Below are positions 53,076-61,642 of a DNA stretch of 64,000 nt, piece by piece. Location of the stretch: NCBI RefSeq assembly GCF_028368995.1, contig NZ_JAQNDL010000001.1, positions 3,104,001 through 3,168,000 on the forward strand, read 5' to 3'. The notes under the pieces are model-generated. The model was not told the DNA's origin, ran no database searches, and saw only the letters and a list, made by a program, of their open reading frames with translations. Positions within the stretch are counted from its first letter, which is position 1; the number at the start of each line of letters is the position of its first letter. A program made the position numbers and the translations under genes. Origin of the DNA: Nannocystis bainbridge. Its GTDB lineage: Bacteria; Myxococcota_A; Polyangia; Nannocystales; Nannocystaceae.

Positions 53076-55219
53076 CCACGCTCGCCCGCACCCTCCACGG
53101 CCTCCGCCTCCGCGCCCGCGAGCGCTGGAGCCTCCTCGTCCTGCTCGCCACCTGGCTGGTGCTGGCCGTGGGCGTCGCCACGCCGACCGCCTTCGACGAG
53201 GGCAGCCCGGCCCTGGCCGCCTCGCTGACGGTGTTCGCCGCCACCCTCGTGCGCGCGCTGGTCCGCGAGCTGCGGCCCAACGCCGCCACCTACTCGCAGA
53301 CCCACGAGCTCGAGCTCGGCCTGCTGATCATCACCGGCACCTACCTCCTGATCGCCGTCACCGGCGGCCTCGCCAGCCCGGCCCACCCGCTGGTCTACGC
53401 CCTCGCCTCGTTCCTGCTGCTGCTCCACCGCGCGCGCTGGATCGCCGGCGTGTGGCTGGCCTCGATCGCCCTGCTCGAGATCCTCGTCGGCTGGTCTTCG
53501 GGACATGCTCAAGGGGCCAGGATCGCCTTCCACCTCAGCTACATCGCCTTCTTCGCCGCCGGCAACCTGCTGATCCTCGGCGCGCTGGTCCGGCGCCTGC
53601 GGGGTGAGCACGCCCAGCGGCTCGCCGACGAGCTGTCGAACATCCGCCAGGAGGCCCGCGATTTCCGCCTGGTCGCCGCCGCGACCCCGCGCAAGAGCCG
53701 GGACGCCGAGGAGGCGCAGCTGACCCAGTCGGCCGTGCACGCGATCCACGAGCAGGTCGCGTTCAGCCTCGAGCTCATCCGCGGCGACCTCGAGCTGCAC
53801 ACCTGCGCGCTGGTGTGGATGTCCGAGGAGGAGCTCGTGCTCAAGCGGGCCGCCTCGGCCTCCAAGGCGCTGGTCGCCGCGCCCGAGCTGGCCAACCCGG
53901 GCGTGCTCGCGGGGCTGCTGCGCAACCCGAAGACGCTCGTCCTCAAGAACATGTCGGAGAAGCACCTGCCGCCGTACTACGGCGCCCCGGTCGCAGTCAC
54001 CGACCTGTGCGCCGTGCCGCTGGTCCGCGGCGAGCGGCTGCTCGGGATCCTGTGCGCCGACCGCATCGACGGCAAGCCGTTCACCAGCGCCGATCAGGAC
54101 AAGCTGACCTCCGCGGCGCAGCACGTGCTGCGCACCGTCGACCACGAGCGGGCCTTCATCACCGCCATGCGCAGCCGCTACGAGCACGAGCAGCTGTACC
54201 GCGCCAGCGAGCTGCTGAGCGGCGCGCTCGGGCTCGAGGCGCTGTACGGCAAGAGCTTCGAGGCGATCCGCGCCATCGCCCCCTACGACCTCGCCGCGAT
54301 CTCGACCTACGACGAGCACGCCGAGGCCCACCGCGTGCTCGCCGTCGACGTCCCCGGCGACCGCGACCCGACCCACGGCGGCAGCTGGCGCAGCATCGCC
54401 GAGTCGCTGCGCGACCGCGTGTTCGAGCACGGCTCCGGCCTGGTCGCCATGGCGACCAAGAACCGCCACTTCATGCCGGCCGCCGACGAGCGCGTCGAGC
54501 CCGACACCGTCGTGTTCGACGTCCACACCCGCCTGCGCCCGGCCCAGAGCGTGCTGGTCCTGCCGCTGCTCCACGGCGACAAGGTCCTCGGCACCCTCAC
54601 CCTCGCCGCCGTGCGCGAGCGGCAGTTCCCGCGGGCCACCCGCGAGATCCTCCGCGTCCTCTCGCACCAGCTCAGCGTCGGCCTGCAGAACGCGCGCATG
54701 TACCGGGCCATGGAGGAGCGCGCCACCACCGACGGCCTCACCGGCCTCACCAACCACCGCGCCTTCCAGGAGCGCCTGGCCCAGATCCACGCCCTGGCCG
54801 AACGGACAGGTCGCAACTTCTCCCTGATCCTCACCGACATCGACCACTTCAAGCGGGTCAACGACACCTACGGCCACCCGATCGGCGACGCCGTGCTGAA
54901 GCGCGTCGCCGCGGTGTTCGCCGGCCGCGCGCGCAAGGTCGACATCGTCGCCCGCTACGGCGGCGAGGAGTTCGTGCTGGTCCTGCCCGACACCGACGCC
55001 GAGGGCGCTGCCATCTTCGCCAACAAGCTGCGCGAGGAGGTCGCCGCCCAGACCATGACCAGCGACCAGGGCCCGTTCGCCGTCACGGTCTCCATGGGCG
55101 TCGCTCAGTACCCGATCGACGGCCACGCCACCGCCGAGCTCATCGAGCGCGCCGACCAGGCGCTCTACCACTGCAAGCACAACGGCCGGAACTGCGTCAC
55201 CCGGGCCGGCTCGCTGTGA
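53072..55219 (+). CDS. dmxA: Membrane diguanylate cyclase (TM-GAF-GAF-GGDEF), DmxA-like
   Basis: TM region, two GAF domains, DGLTGL, DIDHFK, I-site RKVD, RYGGEEF; ATGA-coupled to ftsB as for Myxococcus dmxA. Confidence 0.8.
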   Translation: MTTLARTLHGLRLRARERWSLLVLLATWLVLAVGVATPTAFDEGSPALAASLTVFAATLVRALVRELRPNAATYSQTHELELGLLIITGTYLLIAVTGGLASPAHPLVYALASFLLLLHRARWIAGVWLASIALLEILVGWSSGHAQGARIAFHLSYIAFFAAGNLLILGALVRRLRGEHAQRLADELSNIRQEARDFRLVAAATPRKSRDAEEAQLTQSAVHAIHEQVAFSLELIRGDLELHTCALVWMSEEELVLKRAASASKALVAAPELANPGVLAGLLRNPKTLVLKNMSEKHLPPYYGAPVAVTDLCAVPLVRGERLLGILCADRIDGKPFTSADQDKLTSAAQHVLRTVDHERAFITAMRSRYEHEQLYRASELLSGALGLEALYGKSFEAIRAIAPYDLAAISTYDEHAEAHRVLAVDVPGDRDPTHGGSWRSIAESLRDRVFEHGSGLVAMATKNRHFMPAADERVEPDTVVFDVHTRLRPAQSVLVLPLLHGDKVLGTLTLAAVRERQFPRATREILRVLSHQLSVGLQNARMYRAMEERATTDGLTGLTNHRAFQERLAQIHALAERTGRNFSLILTDIDHFKRVNDTYGHPIGDAVLKRVAAVFAGRARKVDIVARYGGEEFVLVLPDTDAEGAAIFANKLREEVAAQTMTSDQGPFAVTVSMGVAQYPIDGHATAELIERADQALYHCKHNGRNCVTRAGSL

Positions 55220-55266
55220 GCGCCGGCGCGCCCGGCCATCCGCCACCGATCTGCCATACTGATCCC

Positions 55267-55683
55267 ATGCGATTCACCTGGCTCGTCCCCCTCCTCCTGG
55301 TGTTCGCCCCGGCCTGCACCGAGCAGCACAACTACAGCGAAGGCGAGATCTGCGTCGACGCCCCCGCGCTCGCCTCGTTCGCCGCCGGCGACGAGCTCGA
55401 GATCGTGGTCGTGCTCGACGACTGCATGGCCTGCCCCAAGGACTTCAACGCCAACTGCGAGGTCGACCGCCAGGGCAGCACGATCAACCTCCACGCCGGC
55501 GGCGTCTACACCCAGCGCAGCGGCCCCTGCGACACCTGCCTGACCCTTTCCATCGCCTGCGTCGTCGGCGGCCTCGAGCCCGGCAACTACACCATCCGCA
55601 GCGGCGACCAGAAGCTCGAGGTCAGTCTCCCGCAGGCCGACGCCCCCAGCCTCGACGCGACCTGCGACGCCGTGAAGTGGTGA
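55267..55683 (+). CDS. Small Cys-containing lipoprotein
   Basis: MRFTWLVPLLLVFAPAC lipobox; CxxC pairs. Confidence 0.7.
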   Translation: MRFTWLVPLLLVFAPACTEQHNYSEGEICVDAPALASFAAGDELEIVVVLDDCMACPKDFNANCEVDRQGSTINLHAGGVYTQRSGPCDTCLTLSIACVVGGLEPGNYTIRSGDQKLEVSLPQADAPSLDATCDAVKW

Positions 55684-55917
55684 GCCGCGGCGCGACCGGT
55701 TCTCCTGTCCTTCGGGCCAGGTTATCTGAAGCGCGCGACTCGACGGGGCGAGACGAGACACCTGCTGGAGGTGACGAGTTCGCGCGGAGTGATGCTCGCG
55801 CGGGTCACGGGCGGGTTCCAGTTCCGCACGTCTCGATGCCGCGCGTGGAGCAGACCTGCGCGGGGCAGGCCCTGACGGGGAGCGTCTCGCGGATCCCTGG
55901 TCGGCGCGTCCCCAGCC

Positions 55918-56826
55918 TCACCGCAGCGTGATGCGCACCGGGCAGTGGTCGGACACCGTGGGCAGCTTCGCCGGCTCCGCCGTCTGGACCGCGCACCCCA
56001 GCGCCGCGCACATGCCCAGGACCTCGGGTGTCCCGAAGGACAGGTCCTTCCCGCCGAGGAAATGATCGAGCAGGCTCGCCTCCCAGCGCCGCACCTTCGA
56101 CTTCGGCCGCCAGTACTCCGTGCAGCCGAGCACTCCGGTCGGCAGCTGCAGCCCCTCGCGCTCGACCATGCCGTCGATGAAGCGCCGCTCCTCGTCCTCC
56201 GCCTCGAGGTAGCCCGTCGTGTTGAAGTCGCCCGCGACCACGACCTCGCCGCCGAACTCCTCGCGCAGCCGCGGCAGGATCGACGACAGCCACTGCCACT
56301 GCTGCTTGCGCCGGGCCCACCGCTCCGGCTTGCCGCCCGAATCGAAGTGCACCGACACCAGCGCCAGCGTCCGCCCCCTGGCCGTGCGCAGCGAGGTCAG
56401 CGACGCCGGCGCCTGTCCCAGAGGACATTTTTCGCCCTCGCTGAGCGGCCGGTGCTCCTTCAGCTCGAGCCGCGCCGCGTCGTACACCACCCCGACGTGC
56501 AGCCGCCCCTTGCTGTTGCCGCGGCACGACGCCGTCAACGCCGCCCCGTAGCGCCGCCCCGTCAGCGCGTTCGCCCGGTCCAGCACCGCAAACAGCCGCG
56601 CGGGCTCGCGGATCTCCTGCACCGCGAACGCGTCCGCGTTCAGCTCGGCGATCGCCGCCGCGACCTCCTCCGGATCGGTCTTCTTGTCCGGGAACGTCCG
56701 GATATTAAAAGTCCCGAGCACCAGCGGCGCCTCGCGGCGGTACCACAACAGCAGCAGCGCGATCGCCACCAGCAGCGCCCACGGCCACACCCGGCGACGA
56801 CGGCGACGACGACGGCGCTCCTGCAT
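55918..56826 (-). CDS. Endonuclease/exonuclease/phosphatase family protein
   Basis: GTFNI, AVQEI, VSVH, AGDFN, LDH, SDHCPV; N-terminal TM. Confidence 0.88.
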   Translation of the reverse strand: MQERRRRRRRRRVWPWALLVAIALLLLWYRREAPLVLGTFNIRTFPDKKTDPEEVAAAIAELNADAFAVQEIREPARLFAVLDRANALTGRRYGAALTASCRGNSKGRLHVGVVYDAARLELKEHRPLSEGEKCPLGQAPASLTSLRTARGRTLALVSVHFDSGGKPERWARRKQQWQWLSSILPRLREEFGGEVVVAGDFNTTGYLEAEDEERRFIDGMVEREGLQLPTGVLGCTEYWRPKSKVRRWEASLLDHFLGGKDLSFGTPEVLGMCAALGCAVQTAEPAKLPTVSDHCPVRITLR

Positions 56827-56883
56827 CTCGGCATCGACGGTAGACGCCGCCGCGGGCGCCCACAAGACGGCGAGATCGCGCCC

Positions 56884-57966
56884 TCAGCCGTCGCGGGGCT
56901 CGCGGAGCAGGCGCATGCGGACGTGCTGGTGTTGCCGCCGCTTGTACTCGGCGTGCGAGCTCTCGCCCTGCTCGTTGGCCTCGGCGGTGCGCTTGTCCAT
57001 CACCTGGAACTCCGCGAGCACGAACACCACCCGGCCGCGGCGTTCGTCGTGGTCGTGGGGCAGCAGCGCGTCGACGCGGACCGGCAGGTCGGCGACGAAG
57101 TTGAGCACGTGGAAGCCCTTGCCCGAGAACTCGTTGCCCGGCTGCGGGTGGTTGGCCGCGTCGGTGTCGAACGTCGTGTCGCCGAGGACCTTGAGGCTGT
57201 GGAGGTCGATCAGCGTGTTGACCGTCTGGTCGGGCACCACGTAGTTGAACGGGATACAGCGGTGCAGCATGATCCGCAGCGTCGGCACCAGGTCGTCGGG
57301 GTCGCGGACGATCAGGCGGAAGCGCAGGCGGTCGAACACGCGCGCCGCATTGGTCTCGCGCTTCAGCAGCAGCTTGGTCAGCTGCGACTCCTTCGACTTG
57401 CGCGACCACGAGAACTCGACCACCGGCACCCCGGCGGTGCGCAGCTCGTCGAACATGCGGGTCACGCTCTCCTCGACCAGCGAGAAGATCTCCGAGTCGG
57501 AGATCGCCAGCGACGCCCGCATCTCCCGCGCCTCGAGGTGATACAGGATGTGCATCACCTTGAGCACGGTGCAGGCCTGGCGCTGGTGGGCGCCGGCCTT
57601 GCCGGAGGCGATCCGCGGCAGCTGCACCCACGGCACCTTGTCGGCGATCGTGTCGTCGAGGCGCAGCTTGAGCACGTCGCTGATGTAGCGGACGGCCTGT
57701 TGGCGCAGATCGGCCAGGCGGGCCTCGTCGCGGGGGTCGCTGAGCTCGAGCCCGTTGAGCGCGAGCAGGCGGACCACGTCCTCGTCGGAGGTCACCGCCA
57801 GGCGGTGCCAGTCGATGACCGACTGCCCGCGCAGCAGCAGCTGGATCTCGTTGATGTCCTGCAGCGACAGCTCGGCGTGCTCGCCGCCCTGCGCGGCCTC
57901 GCGCCACAGCGCTTGCGAGGCCAAAAAGGCGCCGAACGGATCGGAGCGCTGCGGAGGCCTGGCCAT
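56884..57966 (-). CDS. TIGR04552-like protein (RelA/SpoT-like nucleotidyltransferase fold)
   Basis: RKSKESQLTKLL...VFDRLRFRLIV...AEFQV...HAEYK; family call recalled, not searched. Confidence 0.75.
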   Translation of the reverse strand: MARPPQRSDPFGAFLASQALWREAAQGGEHAELSLQDINEIQLLLRGQSVIDWHRLAVTSDEDVVRLLALNGLELSDPRDEARLADLRQQAVRYISDVLKLRLDDTIADKVPWVQLPRIASGKAGAHQRQACTVLKVMHILYHLEAREMRASLAISDSEIFSLVEESVTRMFDELRTAGVPVVEFSWSRKSKESQLTKLLLKRETNAARVFDRLRFRLIVRDPDDLVPTLRIMLHRCIPFNYVVPDQTVNTLIDLHSLKVLGDTTFDTDAANHPQPGNEFSGKGFHVLNFVADLPVRVDALLPHDHDERRGRVVFVLAEFQVMDKRTAEANEQGESSHAEYKRRQHQHVRMRLLREPRDG

Positions 57967-57982
57967 TCGCGCGGCAGCCCGG

Positions 57983-58075
57983 CTAGCCGCTTACGTGCCG
58001 TGAGAAGCGGAGGGTACCGACGAGCAGACCGATCGTGACGAGGGCGGCACAGATGTTTCCGAGGTAAGCGGTCAT
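57983..58075 (-). CDS. 30-aa hydrophobic small protein
   Basis: MTAYLGNICAALVTIGLLVGTLRFSRHVSG*, with GGAG upstream; stop 16 nt before the TIGR04552-like start. Confidence 0.5.
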   Translation of the reverse strand: MTAYLGNICAALVTIGLLVGTLRFSRHVSG

Positions 58076-58479
58076 GAACCTTGTTGCTCCAGTCCTTGCA
58101 ATCGTGTGCTCAGGACTTATCACGGAATCGGGCGAGGTCGGAAAAAGTGGGAGATGTAGGACAATCTCGGCGAGGACTCAGACCAAGGTTCAGTTCAAGG
58201 AGATCGGGGCGAGGGAGCCGTAAATCAAGCAGGAGCAGCGGGATTTCAGGCCTGTAATCCGGGTCGCGGGCGCGATCCTGGAGCCTGAAGGCGCCAGGCC
58301 CCCGTCTTCTGGGGCCAGAACGCCGGATGGCAGATAACACATTCCTGTGGCCGTTGGAAAGTCCCACAGCCGCGCAAAACGCGCAAGAACGCTGGCGCGG
58401 CCCGCGAAGGCCGTTTCGGCACACGCAGGCGCACTCGGCACGGATGGCCAGGCGCGCGCGGGAGCGCTACTGTGACGCC

Positions 58480-58962
58480 ATGCGCGACCCCGAGGACGAC
58501 GATGTGCCCCCCCGCGACGACCGCCTCGGGTTCACCTCGAGCAACTTCCGGCGCAAGCTCGGCGAAGGCCTCGCCGGCCTGCTCGACCCCGACGGCGCGA
58601 TCGGCAAGGGCAAAGACCTCGTGACCGGGGTGACCCAGGCGACCAAAAACGAGGTCGTACGGATGGTCAGCGCCGAGGTCCGCCAGTTCCTCGACGGCAT
58701 GGACACCGTCGAGTTGTTGCAGCGAGTCATCGCCGGCCTGGTGATCGACGTGAAGGCCGAGATCCGGTTCTCGATCGATCCCGAGGGCCAGCTGAAGTCG
58801 GCGATCAAGGCCGAAAAGGCGACCCAGCGGGCCAAGGAGCCGTCGGCCCCGCAGGCGTCGCAGCCGCCTCAGCCGTCGCAGCCCTCGCCGCCCTCCCCAG
58901 GGGCCGGCGCCGCGACGACACCACCACCGGCGCCGCCGAGCTCCCGGGCCCCCAAGGAGTGA
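58480..58962 (+). CDS. Hypothetical protein
   Basis: Coding-like codon usage; TKNEVVRMVSAEVRQFL...VKAEIRF core with a Pro-rich tail. Confidence 0.7.
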   Translation: MRDPEDDDVPPRDDRLGFTSSNFRRKLGEGLAGLLDPDGAIGKGKDLVTGVTQATKNEVVRMVSAEVRQFLDGMDTVELLQRVIAGLVIDVKAEIRFSIDPEGQLKSAIKAEKATQRAKEPSAPQASQPPQPSQPSPPSPGAGAATTPPPAPPSSRAPKE

Positions 58963-58965
58963 GCC

Positions 58966-59112
58966 TCAGCTCTGCGTCGACGGGTCGACCGGCACGACCT
59001 TGTTGTCGCCGTCGTCGTCGGGCAGCCCGAGCTTCTTCTTGACCGCCTTGTAGATGTCGGCCCCGAGCTTGAGCCCAAAGCCGGTGATGATGGCATTGAC
59101 GAGGAGTCGCAT
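58966..59112 (-). CDS. 48-aa small protein
   Basis: MRLLVNAIITGFGLKLGADIYKAVKKKLGLPDDDGDNKVVPVDPSTQS*, with strong GC3 codon bias. Confidence 0.65.
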   Translation of the reverse strand: MRLLVNAIITGFGLKLGADIYKAVKKKLGLPDDDGDNKVVPVDPSTQS

Positions 59113-59207
59113 GGCCGGCAGCGTAGCAGCTAGGACCCGGTCGACCTGACGCGGGTCCCTGCATCATCACTCCAGGCGCTCCAGGCGCCTCGCCCGGAGC
59201 GCGGGCC

Positions 59208-60158
59208 TCAGGCGGGGATCACGCAGACCCCGACATCCTCATAGTTGGGCGGTGCCATGCCCATCTCGAAGAACGGCGTGCACTCCTCGCCCGTCTGGCA
59301 CGGCCCGTTGCCGCCGCTGACCGGGCAGAACGGAGTGCAGCAGCCGGTCGACATCGGCGGGCAATTGGCGACCGCGGCCGTGGCCGCGCAGAAGCCGCCC
59401 TTCTGACATTGATTGATGTACTGGCACTCGTCGCCCGGCCCGCCCTCGCCGGCCATCGCCGACTCCTTGAAGCACACGAACAGGTCGCCGGCCGAGTTGT
59501 AACAGCCCTGTCCTTCGGGACAGTCCTGCACGAGCGGGTCGCACGAGCCGAGGCAGATCGGCAGCGAGCCGTCGTTGTAGACCACGCAGTTGGCCGTCGG
59601 CGTGTCGGGGCAATTGTCGTTGGCGTCGCAGAACTCGACGCACACCCCGCCCTTGCCCTCCTCGTCGGTCAGCAGGCAGATGTTGCCGAGCGCGCAATTG
59701 TCGACGCCGGTGTACTTGCCGTCCACGACGTCGCACGGGTCGCCGACCACGCCCTCGCCGCCGATCTCGACGCAGGTGTTGACGCCCCACGGCTCGCCCT
59801 CGGCCGGCGCGACCGCCGTGCACTTCTGTCCTTCGGGACAGTCCTGCGCCCGCGGGTCGCACTGGCCGCTGATCCCGCCGTCGGGCGGGACGATGAAGCC
59901 CGCGCTGGTGCCGGTCCCGGCCTCGGAGGTGCTGGTCGGATTCGTCGGCCCACCGCTGGCGCTGGTGCCGCTGTCGGTCCCGTCCGTGGTCGAGGTCGCT
60001 CCGGGCTCCGTCGTCTCCGGATCCTCGCCGTCGTCCTGGTCGTCGGGATTGCTGGTCGGGCCAGACGCGCTCGTCGCGGTCATCATCCCGGACTTGTCGC
60101 CACACGCGCCCAAAGCGACCACGGCGGCGGATACGAACCAGAGTTGAAGCGATCTCAT
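59208..60158 (-). CDS. Cys-rich repeat lipoprotein
   Basis: LGAC lipobox, Thr/Ser linker, repeated CDPxxQDCPEGQxC. Confidence 0.8.
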   Translation of the reverse strand: MRSLQLWFVSAAVVALGACGDKSGMMTATSASGPTSNPDDQDDGEDPETTEPGATSTTDGTDSGTSASGGPTNPTSTSEAGTGTSAGFIVPPDGGISGQCDPRAQDCPEGQKCTAVAPAEGEPWGVNTCVEIGGEGVVGDPCDVVDGKYTGVDNCALGNICLLTDEEGKGGVCVEFCDANDNCPDTPTANCVVYNDGSLPICLGSCDPLVQDCPEGQGCYNSAGDLFVCFKESAMAGEGGPGDECQYINQCQKGGFCAATAAVANCPPMSTGCCTPFCPVSGGNGPCQTGEECTPFFEMGMAPPNYEDVGVCVIPA

Positions 60159-60231
60159 GAGCGGGCCTCCAGTCGGGCACGCTATCACAGAAAGCAGCAA
60201 AAGCTCGAAACCTCCCGGGAGGATCGGAGGT

Positions 60232-60735
60232 CTAAGGCCGCCTTCCGCCGAGGCCGACGTCCGAGAGCGCCGCGAGCGTCGCCATCAGCTCCTCGCGGAC
60301 CTCCGGCGAAAGCCCCGGATCGGCCACGGCTGCCTCCAGGTGCCCGATCCGCGGCAACCATGTCGCGTGGGCCGACTCGTCGAAGGCCACGCCCGCGGGG
60401 GTCAGCGCCGCGGCCTCATCGCGCAACGCCTGCGCCTCGCTCAGCGAGATCGGTGGCGCCTTGGTGACGACGATCGGCGGCAGTTCGGCGGACACCTCGT
60501 TCGCGCGCGCCGGCTCGACCTCCGACGCGTCGGCCTGCAGCCCTTGCAGCGCCACGGCCGCGACCACACCGAGCGCTGCCGCGGCCAGCATCGACGGCCA
60601 CTGGCGCCACCGCGGCTCCGGCAGGCTCCGGCGACAGCCCTCGGCGGTTCGCCGCTCCACGCCGGGCGCGATCGCCGGCCGCGAACTGTCGCGGCGGTCC
60701 CTTCGCCCCTGCCGCCTCTCGAGATCCGGACCCAT
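60232..60735 (-). CDS. Hypothetical single-TM protein divergent from lexA
   Basis: MGPDLERR...WPSMLAAAALGVVAAVAL TM; start uncertain. Confidence 0.5.
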   Translation of the reverse strand: MGPDLERRQGRRDRRDSSRPAIAPGVERRTAEGCRRSLPEPRWRQWPSMLAAAALGVVAAVALQGLQADASEVEPARANEVSAELPPIVVTKAPPISLSEAQALRDEAAALTPAGVAFDESAHATWLPRIGHLEAAVADPGLSPEVREELMATLAALSDVGLGGRRP

Positions 60736-60853
60736 GTCGGCAGGGTCGCGGGGGCCGGGCCGGCGGGCAAATTTCAGGCTCCAGCGGCCCTGTCGGGCGG
60801 CCCTGCGGGCGCCCCTTCGCAGTTCCGCATAGCTTGACCTGAGCAAATTGTTT

Positions 60854-60870
60854 GTATACACCCGTTCAGT
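60854..60870 (+). promoter_or_regulatory. Myxobacterial-type LexA box
   Basis: GTATACACCCGTTCAGT matches 15/17 positions of the recalled M. xanthus consensus CTRHAMRYBYGTTCAGS; 43 nt upstream of lexA. Confidence 0.7.
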
Positions 60871-60913
60871 GTCGAAGGCGTGATCTCCGCAGTCGCCGCA
60901 GGAGGCTCTCCCC

Positions 60914-61552
60914 GTGAAACCCCAGCTCACCCACCGCCAGCAGCAAGCGCTCGACTTCATCTCCTCCTGCCTGGAGGCGAACGGGTACCCGCCCACGCTG
61001 CGCGAAATCGGCGAGCACATGGGGATTCGCTCGACCAACGGGGTCAACGACCACCTCAAGGCGCTCGAGCGCAAGGGGTACCTGCTCCGCGAGGAGCTCA
61101 AGAGCCGCGCGCTGCGCCCGGTGGATGCGCCGGAGAGCGCCGCGCGGGCCCGCGCCACCGAGATCCCGATCCTCGGGCGCGTCGCCGCCGGTCAGCCGAT
61201 CCTGGCTGACGAGAACGTCACCAACCGGATCAGCGTCGACCAGTTCTTCCTCCACGGCAATCAGCCGCGCGAGGTGTTCGGCCTCGTCGTCCACGGCGAG
61301 AGCATGATCGAGGACGGAATCTTCGACGGCGATTACGTGTTCGTCCGTCGCCAGGCCAACGCCGAGCGGGGCGAGATCGTCGTGGCGATGATCGAGGGCG
61401 AGGTGACGTGCAAGCGTTACTACCTCGAAGGCGACCGGATCCGTCTGCAGCCCGGCAACGCGGCGATGCAACCGATCTTCGTCCACCGCGGCGATCATCG
61501 CGCCTTCGAGTTGGTTGGCAAGGTCATCGGCGTCTACCGCAGCCTCCACTAG
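60914..61552 (+). CDS. lexA: SOS repressor LexA
   Basis: [22 protein letters not shown] cleavage site, GESM (Ser), TCKR (Lys). Confidence 0.96.
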   Translation: MKPQLTHRQQQALDFISSCLEANGYPPTLREIGEHMGIRSTNGVNDHLKALERKGYLLREELKSRALRPVDAPESAARARATEIPILGRVAAGQPILADENVTNRISVDQFFLHGNQPREVFGLVVHGESMIEDGIFDGDYVFVRRQANAERGEIVVAMIEGEVTCKRYYLEGDRIRLQPGNAAMQPIFVHRGDHRAFELVGKVIGVYRSLH

Positions 61553-61642
61553 CGCGCCGGCAGTTTCGCCGCTGCCGCCGCCGTGAGGCCAAGCAGCCGC
61601 GGCGGCGAGCCCTTACGAAATATTTCCGCTACAGTGTTGCCC

